From: an uncultured Acidobacteriota bacterium
GTDB lineage: Bacteria > Acidobacteriota > Thermoanaerobaculia > UBA5066 > Gp7-AA6
DNA: 64,000 nt
Reading direction: 5' to 3'
Assembly (NCBI GenBank): GCA_963764715.1
Contig: CAVXTP010000010.1
Span: 64,001-128,000, forward strand
The notes under the pieces were generated by a model. The model searched no databases. It worked only from the letters and a program-made list of their open reading frames with translations, and was not told the origin of the DNA. Of the stretch, positions 41,215 through 52,298 are shown piece by piece. Position numbers and translations under genes: made by a program. Each line of letters begins with the position of its first letter. Positions within the stretch are counted from its first letter, which is position 1.

Positions 41215-41309
41215 GGGCCGAAGAATACCCGCACCGGGCATTTTCGGCCCGGGAATGCCATTAACATGGTGACCTTTCTGTTGCTTCCGTCGGCGTAAGG
41301 GGGAGACGA

Positions 41310-43892
41310 GTGCCGGTAGAGGGTCGCGCCGCGTCCGGGCCCCGGCCTGTATGGTTCCTGGCCGTCGGCTTCGTCGGTCTCGCGATTGCGATCGCGTCGA
41401 TCGCCGACATGTTCTCGGCCCGGCCTTACGACGGGATCGTCCCGCTGCCCTACGGGCGGGAGGGGATCGAGGTCCGGATGGTCCTTCCGGGCAGCCCGGC
41501 CGAGAAGGCCGGGATCAAGGCCGGGGAGTGCGTCCAGGGCATCGGCAAGCGCATCGTCAACAGCAGCTCGGACGCCTCCGCGGAGCTCCGGCGCCACCGC
41601 ATCAGCGAGAAAGTCGACTACCTCGTCCGTAACGGACCGTGCCCGGGCGCGGAGGCTGCCGGGGCGGCGCCCGGCACGGAGCTGCGCACGGTCCGGCTGG
41701 AGCTCTCCTCGGAGCGGCTGGGCGGCCGGACATACCTCTACGCGGTCGTCGTCGGGTTCCTGTTCTTCCTGATCGGCCTCTTCGTTTACGTCCGGGTGCC
41801 CGAGGAGCGGTCGGCGCGGATCTTCTTCATGCTCTGCGTCCTCTTCTTGCTCTTCTTCGTCTGCCGGCTGCGTCCCGCCTCGTACTGGTGGATCGACGTC
41901 TTCGTGCAGAACACGGGCACGGTCAGCCTGTTTCTCCTGCCGGCCGTCTTCCTGCACTTCTTCCTGATCTTCCCGCGGCCGAAGCGGCTCCACTTCGCCC
42001 GGCCGGACGAGTGGACGGGCGAGCCGCCGCCGCGCTGGAAGACGGCCCTCCAGGATTTCCTCTCGACCAGCCCGACGCTGCTCTACCTGCTCTACGCGGT
42101 TCCGCCCTTCGTCTTCCTCTACGACGTCATGCGCCAGGTCCGGGGCGAGAAGGTCACGGTCCTCTCCGGGGCGCCGCTGTCCTCCTGGATCCTGCTCGGC
42201 GACTACCTCGTGCTCGGACTCGTGGCCCTGGCGCACTCGGCCTTCACGCTCGAGGACCCGCGCGAGCGCCGGCAGGCCTTCCACGTCTTCGTCGGGACGA
42301 TCCTCGGAACGGTCCCGTTCGTCCTCTTCTTCATCGTCCTGCCGTCGGCCTTCGGCATCGACGAGTACGCCTTCTACGGGATCATCCCGATGATCCTGAT
42401 CCCGGCGACCTTCGCGTACGCGATCGTCCGCTTCCAGATGCTCAACGTGCGCGTCATCGTGCGGCGCACGTTCCTCTACGCGGCGACGACGGCCGTGCTC
42501 CTCGGCCTCTATGCGCTCGTCGTCGCCCTGGCGAACCTCGTCTTCTCGTCGTCGCGCCTGTCGGCCTCGCCGCTCTTCAACTTCGGCTTCTTCCTCGTCG
42601 GCATCTCGCTCTTCGAGGTCATGCGCCGGCGCCTCCAGGCGCCGCTCGACAAGCTCTTCTTCCGCGAAAAGTTCGACTACCAGGCGGCGCTGCTCGAGAT
42701 GAGCGAGGCGATCACGGGAGAGCTCGACCTCGGGCGCATCGCGGACTACCTGACCTCGAGCGTCTCGGCGACGATGCGCCTCGACAAGGCCTCCATCTGG
42801 CTGCGGGACCGGGACGGCTGGCTCGAGCGGCGCGGCCGCCGCGAGGACCGGCTGTCGCCGTCGGCCGCCGTGCGGCGCGTCCTGCGGCAGGAGGGCAAGC
42901 CCTCGGACCTCGAGGAGATCTCGCTGCACTTCGCCGACGGGGAGAGCGAGGAGTTCCGGGAACGGCTGGCGGCGGAGGGCTTCCGCCTGCTCGTGCCGCT
43001 CGTCTACCGCGAGCGGCTGATGGGCATTCTCGCCCTCAAGGAGAAGCTCTCCGGGGAGCGCTTCGACCGGGACGACCTGTCGCTGCTGTCGACGCTCGCC
43101 AACCAGTCGGCGCTGGCGATCGAGACCGCGCTCCTGCACGACGAGATGACGCGGCAGGCGGAGCTGAAGCGCGACCTCGAGATCGCCCGCGACATCCAGG
43201 TCAGCCTCCTGCCGCGGCAGGTTCCCGAGATGCCCGGGTTCGCCTTCCTCGGCGGCTCGATCCCGGCGCGCGTCGTGGGCGGCGACTTCTACGACTTCAT
43301 CCCGTTCGAGGACCGCCGGGTCGGGATCGTCATCGGCGACGTCTCGGGCAAGTCGGTCCCCGCCTCGCTCCTGATGGTCGCGTCCAAGGAGATCGTCTAC
43401 TCGCGGGCGTTGACGACGTCCGACCCGGGCCAGCTCTTTCAGGAATCGAACCGCCGGATCTATGCCATCAAGCGCCGCATGTTCGTGTCGCTGGGGTTTT
43501 TTCTCCTCGATGCCGACGCCATGAGCCTGCGCTACGCGATCGGCGGCCAGCCGCTGCCGATCCTGCTCCGGCCGGGCAACTCGGGGCCCTGCCTGATCGA
43601 GCCGCCCGAGCACCGGCTGCCGCTCGGGGCGTTCCGCGAGGTCCCGTACGACACCCGCGAGCTCTTCCTGAAGAAGGGCGACCTGATCTTTTTCTACACG
43701 GACGGCTTCACGGAGGCCATGGACTCGGACATGAACCCCTACGGGGAGGAGCGACTCATGGCCTCGGTCGCCGCGCGGCAGCACGGGACTCTGGACGAGG
43801 TGGCCAAGGCCGTCCTGGCGGACCTGCGGGACTTCGTGGGCGGGGCCGAGCAATACGACGACATGACTTTCCTGTTTCTCCGTGTGGAATAG
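41310..43892 (+). CDS. PDZ-multipass membrane-GAF-SpoIIE (PP2C) phosphatase
   Basis: PDZ (GSPAEKAGIKAGE), multiple TM helices, GAF, GGDFYD, GDVSGK, YTDGFTE, DDMT. Confidence 0.9.
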   Translation: MPVEGRAASGPRPVWFLAVGFVGLAIAIASIADMFSARPYDGIVPLPYGREGIEVRMVLPGSPAEKAGIKAGECVQGIGKRIVNSSSDASAELRRHRISEKVDYLVRNGPCPGAEAAGAAPGTELRTVRLELSSERLGGRTYLYAVVVGFLFFLIGLFVYVRVPEERSARIFFMLCVLFLLFFVCRLRPASYWWIDVFVQNTGTVSLFLLPAVFLHFFLIFPRPKRLHFARPDEWTGEPPPRWKTALQDFLSTSPTLLYLLYAVPPFVFLYDVMRQVRGEKVTVLSGAPLSSWILLGDYLVLGLVALAHSAFTLEDPRERRQAFHVFVGTILGTVPFVLFFIVLPSAFGIDEYAFYGIIPMILIPATFAYAIVRFQMLNVRVIVRRTFLYAATTAVLLGLYALVVALANLVFSSSRLSASPLFNFGFFLVGISLFEVMRRRLQAPLDKLFFREKFDYQAALLEMSEAITGELDLGRIADYLTSSVSATMRLDKASIWLRDRDGWLERRGRREDRLSPSAAVRRVLRQEGKPSDLEEISLHFADGESEEFRERLAAEGFRLLVPLVYRERLMGILALKEKLSGERFDRDDLSLLSTLANQSALAIETALLHDEMTRQAELKRDLEIARDIQVSLLPRQVPEMPGFAFLGGSIPARVVGGDFYDFIPFEDRRVGIVIGDVSGKSVPASLLMVASKEIVYSRALTTSDPGQLFQESNRRIYAIKRRMFVSLGFFLLDADAMSLRYAIGGQPLPILLRPGNSGPCLIEPPEHRLPLGAFREVPYDTRELFLKKGDLIFFYTDGFTEAMDSDMNPYGEERLMASVAARQHGTLDEVAKAVLADLRDFVGGAEQYDDMTFLFLRVE

Positions 43893-43976
43893 GCCTTTTG
43901 GGACGTTTCTTGGGCGATTCTGGGGCAAAACCCGGACATCCCCCATACGTATGAAAGGGTTAGAAGGGGCTCGTCC

Positions 43977-45374
43977 ATGAAGAAGAAGCGCTGGCTCTGG
44001 GTGGGAACGGCGGGGGTGCTCCTGCTGGCGGCGGGGGTGTCGGCCGCCGTCTTCATGTCGCACCGCCGGGACGTGACGACGACCTCCGAGGCGGCCTACG
44101 AGGCCTACCGGGAGGGGGTGGCCAACGAGAACCGCTTCTACTTCAAGGAAGCGCGACTGGCGTACGCCCGGGCCCTCGAGCTCGATCCGACCTTTGCGAT
44201 GGCGATGCTCGGGCTCGCGCGGCAGTCCAAGGAGCCCAGCCAGGGCGCCGCCCTCATCAAGCGGGCCGCCCGGGAGAAGGGGCGGCTGACCGAGCGCGAG
44301 CGGCTCCACGTGGACATGGCCCTGGCAATGACGGAGAAGCGGCACGAGGACGCGCTCAAGATCGCGAACGAGATCCACCAGAAATATCCGGCCGACACGC
44401 GGTCGGCGCAGGTCCTCGCGAACAACGAGATGGTCAGGGGCAACTCGGACCGCGGGATCAAGATCTTCGAGGAACTGCTCTCGGTCGACCCGAACAACGC
44501 CGAGGCCTACAACCAGATCGGCTACCGCTACGGTTACCGGGGCGACTACGAGAAGGCCATGGAGAACCTGAAGCGATACCAGTTCATCGCTGCCGACAAC
44601 GCCAACCCCTTCGACTCGCTCGGCGAAGTTCAGGCCTACTCGGGCCACTACAACGAGGCGATCGAGAACCTCAACCGGGCGCTGGCGATCAAGCCGGACT
44701 TCGTGGAATCCGTCGCGCACCTCGGAGTGGCCTACGAGGGCCTGGGCGAGTACGCGAAGGCGATCGAGATGTACGAGAAAGCCGCGGCCATGTCGGAGGT
44801 TGAAGACATGCGCCGCGGATACCTGATCCGCGCGATGCGGTCGGCCTTCTATTCCGGCAACATGAAGGAGGCCGTGCGCCTGGCGACCGAGGCGAAGGCC
44901 GTGAAGGTGGACAGCAAGTACGCTGAGCTCGACGCGGCCTATATGGACGCCGTCGTCGCCCTCGCGGAGGGGCGGGCCGCCGAAACGCTCAAGATCGTCG
45001 AGAGCACCGTGCCCAAGCGCGAAGCGCTCCTCGCCAAGGAGAACCTTCCGCCCGGCTGGAAGCCGCACTTTCCGCACGTCAACACGCTCACGGGGCTGGC
45101 CCTGGAGGCCGAGGGCAAGACCGCCGAGGCGCTGGAGTACTGGAAGAAGAACGCGAATCCGCCGACGCCTTACGAGAACTTCGAGCAGCGTCGGTCGATC
45201 TACGAGGCCCGCGCCCGCGTGGCGGTCGCGCTCGCCCGCCAGGGCCAGCTCGACGACGCCGAGAAGCTGATCGCCGAGAACCGGAAGTGGAACGCGAACT
45301 GGGCGCCGACGCGCCAGGCGGAGACGGCGGTGGCGGAGGCGCGCCGCGAGAAGGTGCTCGCCGCCGCGAAGTGA
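43977..45374 (+). CDS. N-terminally anchored/exported TPR protein
   Basis: MKKKR plus hydrophobic helix; TPRs (ALELDPTFAMA, AYNQIG, DSLGE, HLGVAY). Confidence 0.85.
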   Translation: MKKKRWLWVGTAGVLLLAAGVSAAVFMSHRRDVTTTSEAAYEAYREGVANENRFYFKEARLAYARALELDPTFAMAMLGLARQSKEPSQGAALIKRAAREKGRLTERERLHVDMALAMTEKRHEDALKIANEIHQKYPADTRSAQVLANNEMVRGNSDRGIKIFEELLSVDPNNAEAYNQIGYRYGYRGDYEKAMENLKRYQFIAADNANPFDSLGEVQAYSGHYNEAIENLNRALAIKPDFVESVAHLGVAYEGLGEYAKAIEMYEKAAAMSEVEDMRRGYLIRAMRSAFYSGNMKEAVRLATEAKAVKVDSKYAELDAAYMDAVVALAEGRAAETLKIVESTVPKREALLAKENLPPGWKPHFPHVNTLTGLALEAEGKTAEALEYWKKNANPPTPYENFEQRRSIYEARARVAVALARQGQLDDAEKLIAENRKWNANWAPTRQAETAVAEARREKVLAAAK

Positions 45375-45388
45375 GCGGCCGCCCGGCC

Positions 45389-46888
<1,500 letters not shown>

Positions 46889-46900
<12 letters not shown>

Positions 46901-47112
46901 GTCACTGTATCGTAACTGTCCCACTTTCATACTTATATCCTTATTTTGAAGATAGTTACAATACGACTGTGCGGAGCCTGACTACGCCTATGTGTCATTG
47001 TGATACGATGCGCGCATGGCGCCGATCGAAGACCGAGGCAACGACTAAGGCGTTTGTCTTCATGTGCTTGGGTCGAAATCCGCGCCGCGCGCGGGCGTGG
47101 CAGGACTCTTGC
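46889..47112 (+). promoter_or_regulatory. sigma54 promoter with upstream inverted repeats
   Basis: TGGCAGGACTCTTGC at 47098-47112 (GG-N10-GC); GTGTCA-N3-TGATAC at 46992-47006; GTGGGACA...TGTCCCAC at 46889-46924; AT-rich region. Confidence 0.75.
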
Positions 47113-47132
47113 GCTCTCTTCCGGTCGCAGTG

Positions 47133-47291
47133 ATGAGAAAAGCTCTCGCGATCGGATTGGAAGCCCTGGAGGTGCCCAACCTCCTGTGGGGGCTCTTGGC
47201 GGGCGAGATCTCCCTCGTCCTTCTCGCCGCCGCGTCCGATAAACTTCCGGCCGTCTTGATCCGGTCACTGCAACTCTTCCTCCGGTTCTAG
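47133..47291 (+). CDS. small hydrophobic protein (52 aa)
   Basis: MRKALAIGLEALEVPNLLWGLLAGEISLVLLAAASDKLPAVLIRSLQLFLRF fills the gap between the sigma54 promoter and rsbW. Confidence 0.5.
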   Translation: MRKALAIGLEALEVPNLLWGLLAGEISLVLLAAASDKLPAVLIRSLQLFLRF

Positions 47292-47308
47292 GAGCCTCGA
47301 GCCGTCCC

Positions 47309-47773
47309 ATGTCGCACGGGGGAACTGCTCCGCCCGGGCTCGCGAGCGCCGGCTCCCGCGAGGTCTCGATGACCATCCCGGTGGCCCCGGAGATGGAGAT
47401 CGTGGCGACCGCCCAGGCCGCGGCGCTCGGCGAGTACATCGCGATGTCCCGGGATAAGATCGACGAGGTCCGACTCGCGCTCGTCGAGGCGTGCATCAAC
47501 GCGTTCGAGCACGCCGATTGCCGCGACGAGCAGCTCCACCTGACGTTCCGGCTGGGCCAGGAACCGAAGGGCAAGGAGTGGCTGGAAGTGGAGGTCATGG
47601 ACAAGGGCCGGGGGTTCGACCAGGCCCGGGTCGAGGAGCCGAGCATGGAGAAGACCTTTTCGAACCACCGCAAGCGGGGCTGGGGCCTCCAGATCATCAA
47701 GAGCCTGATGGACGACGTCGACATCACCTCCGGCGAATGGGGAACGCGGATCCGAATGAGGAAGTACAAGTGA
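47309..47773 (+). CDS. RsbW/SpoIIAB-like anti-sigma Ser kinase
   Basis: LVEACINAFEH, DKGRGFD, RGWGLQIIKSLMDDV. Confidence 0.92.
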   Translation: MSHGGTAPPGLASAGSREVSMTIPVAPEMEIVATAQAAALGEYIAMSRDKIDEVRLALVEACINAFEHADCRDEQLHLTFRLGQEPKGKEWLEVEVMDKGRGFDQARVEEPSMEKTFSNHRKRGWGLQIIKSLMDDVDITSGEWGTRIRMRKYK

Positions 47774-48126
47774 GCGAGACGTGCAAGGTGTCCTCGGAGC
47801 GGCGGGGCGACGTGGCGATCCTCTGGACCGACGGCTACATCAACAACCAGGGGGGCGAGGAGATCGCGCGCGAGGCATACACCCACCTCGACCAGGGCGT
47901 GCGCGCCCTCGTTCTCAACCTCGAGAAGACCCGGATCGTCAACTCGATCGGCATCTCGATCCTGATCGAGGTCCTCGAGAAGGTGATGGACAAGAAGGGC
48001 GCGCTCGCCTTCTGCGGGCTGACGCCCACGATCGACAAGACGTTCCGGATCATGGGGCTCGCCCAGTACGCCGAGATCTACCCGACCCAGGAAGACGCCG
48101 TGCGGAGCGTCAGCCAGCCGGCCTGA
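47770..48126 (+). CDS. RsbV/SpoIIAA-like STAS antagonist
   Basis: LVLNLEKTRIVNSIGISIL (Ser at the DSSG-equivalent site), TFRIMGL; GTGA overlap with the kinase. Confidence 0.9.
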   Translation: MSETCKVSSERRGDVAILWTDGYINNQGGEEIAREAYTHLDQGVRALVLNLEKTRIVNSIGISILIEVLEKVMDKKGALAFCGLTPTIDKTFRIMGLAQYAEIYPTQEDAVRSVSQPA

Positions 48127-48139
48127 GGAAGCCGCCGCC

Positions 48140-49769
48140 ATGACCGCCCCGGTTCCCACGACCCCGGCCGAGCGCCTCGAGGAGCTCTGGAAGCGGATCG
48201 GGGGAGTGCTCGAGGGCGATTCCCCGATTCACTCGCGCATCGCCGAGGCGGCGGTGCTCGCGACCGGCGCCCGCGACGCGACGCTCTACCTGCGCGACCG
48301 GGACGCCTGGGTCCGCACCGGCGAGCGCCTGGCCGGGGGCGTCGAGCCGGGCGAGATCCCGGAGCCGCTGCCGGCGGGCGTCTTCACGCGGGAGGGGCAT
48401 CTCTGGCTTCCGCTCGCGGCGGAGGGGGAGATCCACGGCCTCCTGCGCCTGGCGGAGCGCTCCGGGCGGCGAGACTCCCGAGCACGCGGCGCTCCTCGCG
48501 TTCCTGTTCGGCTCGCTCGTGGGCTCCCACCGCCTGGCGCGCCAGGTTCGGGAAGCGGAGTTCGAGCTCAAGGCGCGGCTGCTGGAGCTCGAGTCGCTCT
48601 ACGACCTCGGGCTCTCGCTCGGCGGGCAGCTCGACCTCTCGGCGCTCGCCGACGAGGTGCTCTTCCGGTCGATCTCGCTGACCGACGCGGGCAAAGGCGG
48701 GCTCGTCCTGTTCGAAGACGCCGACCACATTCTCCTCGAGCGCAACGTCGGCGGCGAGATCCTCGTCTCGCCGAAGTGCGTCACCTGGACGCTGCCCGAG
48801 GGCGGCCTGATCAACAACGAGTCGACGACCGACGCGATGCGCGACGGCAGCTGCAGCAAGTTCCTGGCGGTCCCGATCTCGGTGCCCGGGCGCCGGCTCG
48901 GCGTCCTCGCCGTCGCCGACAAGGAGTCCCGCGACGGCCGCGTCCTCGATTTCACGCCGACCGACGCGCGGCTGCTGTCTCTCTTCGCCAACCAGGCGGC
49001 CGCGGCGATCGAGACCGCGCGGCTGCACAAGGAGGCGATCGAGAAGGAGCGCATCGAGCGCGAGCTCGAGGTCGCCGCGGCGATCCAGCGCCAGATCCTC
49101 CCGCGCGACCTGCCCCGGGTCGAGGGCGTCGAGCTGGCGGCCCGCAACCGGCCGACCCGGCAGGTCGGCGGCGACTATTTCGACTGGTTTCCCCTCTCCG
49201 GCGGCCGCCTCGCGTTTCTCGTGGCCGACGTCTCGGGCAAGGGCGTCCCGGCGGCGCTGCTGGTGTCGACCGTCCACGCCGCGGTGCACCTCCAGATCGA
49301 CGACGCGAAGACGGTCGCAGAGCTCATCGGGCGGATCGACCGCCACCTCCAGCGTTACGCCGCGACGCGCAAGTTCCTGACGGTCTTCTTCGGCCTCGTC
49401 GAACCGGAGACGGGCGTGCTGCGCTACGTCTCCGCCGGGCACAATCCGGCCCTCCTGCGGCGGGCCGACGGACCGATCGAGCAGCTCAAGTCGACGGGCG
49501 TGCCGCTCGGGATGTTCCCCCACGCGTCCTGGAAGGAGGAGAGCGTGGTCATGGGGAAGGGCGACCTGCTGTGCGTCTACACGGACGGCGTCTCGGAGGC
49601 CCTCGACGCCTCCGACGAGGAATTCGGCCTCGACCGACTGACCGCGCTCGTCGCCGAGGGGACCGGGCCCGAGGAGCTGACCGGCAAGGTCTTCGACGCG
49701 GTCGAGGCGTTCGCCGCGGACGTGCCGCAGTACGACGACCAGACGCTCCTGATCGTCCGGCGAACCTGA
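48140..49769 (+). CDS. RsbU-like GAF-SpoIIE phosphatase (one frameshift near 48460)
   Basis: GAF domain(s), GGDYFD, ADVSGKG, SAGHNP, YTDGVSE, DDQT. Confidence 0.88.
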
Positions 49770-49800
49770 CCGCCCGGCGGGCCTCGGTTAAGATTCCGGG

Positions 49801-51474
49801 GTGATTCCGCTTCTCGCCGCCTTCCTGCTCCTCGCGTCGAACCCGCCGGCCGCCGTCGCTCCCGCGCCGCTCCTCCTCGAGAACGGCGTCGTCTACGTGT
49901 CCGCGGAGGCGAAGCCCTCGCGGGCCTCGATCCTTCTCGAAGGAGGGAAGGTCGCCTTCGTCGGGGACCCGGCGCGCGCGAGAGAGCTCGCCCGAGGGGC
50001 CCGGGTCGTCGACCTCGCGGGACGCTTCGTCTTCCCCGGTTGGGCGGACGCGCACCTGCACCTGCTGGGCGTGGGGAAGGCCCGCTCGATCGCGGACCTG
50101 CGCGCGCAGCCCGACGCCTCGGCGGCGGCGAGCCGGATGGCCGAGATGGCGAAGAGCCTTCCGCCGGGCACGTGGGCCGAGGGCCGGGGCTGGGACCAGA
50201 ACCTGTGGCCGGGCCGCGAGTTTCCGGACGCGCGGGTCCTCGACCGCGCGGTCCCGGAACGCCCGGCCGTCGCGGGCCGCGTGGACGGGCACGCCTTCTG
50301 GGTCAACACGGCGGCTCTGCGCGCGGCCGGAATCGACGCGTCGACGAAGGACCCCGAGGGAGGCCGCATCCTGCGGCGGAGCGACGGAACGCCGTCCGGG
50401 GTGCTCGTCGACAACGCCATGGATCTCGTGGCCCGCGCCATGCCGACTCCCACGCCGGCGGACCTCGACCGGTGGCTCTCCGCGGGAGCGGAGGCGTGCG
50501 CGCGCGTCGGCCTGACCGAGATCCAGGACGCCTCGGGCTACGACGCCGCGGCGATCGCGTCGCTCGAGCGCCTGGCGTCCTCGGGCCGGCTTCCGATCCG
50601 CGTCTATGCGACCGTCTCGCCCGAGCCCGACGCGCTCCCGAAGTTCCTCGCCCGGGGGACGCATCTGGGAGGCGGAGCGGACTTCCTGACGGTCCGCGCG
50701 GTCAAGGCGTACGCCGACGGCGCGCTCGGGAGCCGGGGCGCGGCGCTCCTGACGGACTACACCGACGAGGCCGGCAGGACGGGGCTCCTCGTGACCTCGC
50801 CCGAGCGGCTGGCCGAGATCGCGGGCGAGACACGAAAGGCGGGCTGGCAGCTCTGGATCCACGCGATCGGAGACCGCGGCAACCGGATCGCGCTCGACGC
50901 CTTCGCATCGGCCGCCGGCGCGCTGCCGCAGGCGCCGGCCGGCGCCTCGCGTCCCCGGATCGAGCACGCCCAGGTGATCGCCCCCGAGGACTTCCCGCGC
51001 TTCGCGCGGCTTTCGGTCATCGCCTCGGTGCAGCCGACCCACGCGACCTCGGACATGCCGTGGGCGGAGGCCCGGCTCGGGCCGACGCGGGTGGCGGGGG
51101 CGTACGCGTGGCGCCGGTTGAAGGATGCCGGGGCAAAACTCGCGGGCGGGAGCGACGCGCCGGTGGAATCCGAGAACCCGCTCCTCGGGTTCTACTCTGC
51201 CGTGACGAGGCAGAGTCTCGACGGCCAGCCCCCGGGAGGGTGGCGGCCGTCGGAGAAGCTGACCCGGCCCGAGGCCCTCGCCCTGTTCACGTCGGACGCC
51301 GCCTTCGCGGCGTTCGAGGAGTCGTGGAGGGGCCGGATCGAGCCCGGGTACGCCGCCGACCTCACGGTTCTGTCGCGCGACCCGCTCGCCGTGCCCGTGG
51401 CGGAGATCCCGGGCATCGCCGCCTTCCTGACGGTCGTCGGCGGGCGCATCGCCTGGGGGCCGGCGGCGCCGTGA
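49801..51474 (+). CDS. YtcJ-like amidohydrolase (Amidohydro_3), signal-peptide bearing
   Basis: PGWADAHLH, DGALGSRGA, HAIGD, RIEHAQ, GGSDAPVE. Confidence 0.9.
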   Translation: MIPLLAAFLLLASNPPAAVAPAPLLLENGVVYVSAEAKPSRASILLEGGKVAFVGDPARARELARGARVVDLAGRFVFPGWADAHLHLLGVGKARSIADLRAQPDASAAASRMAEMAKSLPPGTWAEGRGWDQNLWPGREFPDARVLDRAVPERPAVAGRVDGHAFWVNTAALRAAGIDASTKDPEGGRILRRSDGTPSGVLVDNAMDLVARAMPTPTPADLDRWLSAGAEACARVGLTEIQDASGYDAAAIASLERLASSGRLPIRVYATVSPEPDALPKFLARGTHLGGGADFLTVRAVKAYADGALGSRGAALLTDYTDEAGRTGLLVTSPERLAEIAGETRKAGWQLWIHAIGDRGNRIALDAFASAAGALPQAPAGASRPRIEHAQVIAPEDFPRFARLSVIASVQPTHATSDMPWAEARLGPTRVAGAYAWRRLKDAGAKLAGGSDAPVESENPLLGFYSAVTRQSLDGQPPGGWRPSEKLTRPEALALFTSDAAFAAFEESWRGRIEPGYAADLTVLSRDPLAVPVAEIPGIAAFLTVVGGRIAWGPAAP

Positions 51475-52226
51475 ACGCAGCGCGGGCGGGGGCGGGAGTT
51501 CTCCTTCTCGTCGCGGGGCTCGGCTGCGATTCGCCGGGGAAGGGGGCCGCGAAGGTGCAGGTCACGCCGACCGACGGAGACGCCGCGCGGCGCGCGCGCA
51601 TGGTCGAGACGCAGATCGTCTCCCGCGGCGTGCGCGACCCCCGCGTTCTCGACGCGATGCGCAAGGTCCCGCGCCACCTCTTCGTCGAACCCGGGGAGCG
51701 CGCTCACGCGTACGAGGACCACCCGCTGCCGATCGGCGGCAGCCAGACGATCTCCCAGCCGTACATCGTCGCGCTCATGACGGAGCTCCTGGGCCTGCCG
51801 CCGCGGGCTCGGGTGCTCGAGATCGGGACCGGGTCCGGCTACCAGAGCGCGGTCCTGTCGCAGATCGCGGCCGAGGTGTACTCGATCGAGATCCTGCCGG
51901 ACCTCGCGCAGGCCGCCTCGACCAAGCTGAAGGAGCTCGGTTTCCTCAACGTTACCGTGCGCGCAGGGGATGGCTACCGCGGGTGGCCCGAGCACGCGCC
52001 CTACGACGGAATCATCGTGACCGCGGCCCCCGAAAAGATCCCCGAGCCCCTCGTCGATCAGCTCGCCGTGGGCGGACGGATGGTCATCCCCGTGGGCGGG
52101 TTCTTCCAGGAGCTCAAGGTCTTCACCCGCGAGAGGGACGGCCGCGTCAGCGAAAAGGACATCATCCCGGTGCGGTTCGTCCCGATGACGGGAGAGATCG
52201 AGAAAGACAAGGCCACGGAGCCGTAG
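51471..52226 (+). CDS. pcm: protein-L-isoaspartate O-methyltransferase
   Basis: VPRHLFV, QTISQPYIVA, VLEIGTGSGYQ, GDGYRGWPEHAPYD, VRFVPM. Confidence 0.94.
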   Translation: MNAARAGAGVLLLVAGLGCDSPGKGAAKVQVTPTDGDAARRARMVETQIVSRGVRDPRVLDAMRKVPRHLFVEPGERAHAYEDHPLPIGGSQTISQPYIVALMTELLGLPPRARVLEIGTGSGYQSAVLSQIAAEVYSIEILPDLAQAASTKLKELGFLNVTVRAGDGYRGWPEHAPYDGIIVTAAPEKIPEPLVDQLAVGGRMVIPVGGFFQELKVFTRERDGRVSEKDIIPVRFVPMTGEIEKDKATEP

Positions 52227-52285
52227 GGGCGGGGCTTGCCCCCGCCCTTCGACACGGAACGGGCGGCCACAAGGGCCGCCCCTAC
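52223..52285. repeat. GTAG-family REP doublet (REPIN)
   Basis: GTAGGGGCGGGG...CCCCGCCC and GGGCGGCCACAAGGGCCGCCCCTAC; its TAG is the pcm stop codon. Confidence 0.82.
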
Positions 52286-52298
52286 GAACGAGCCGGTC

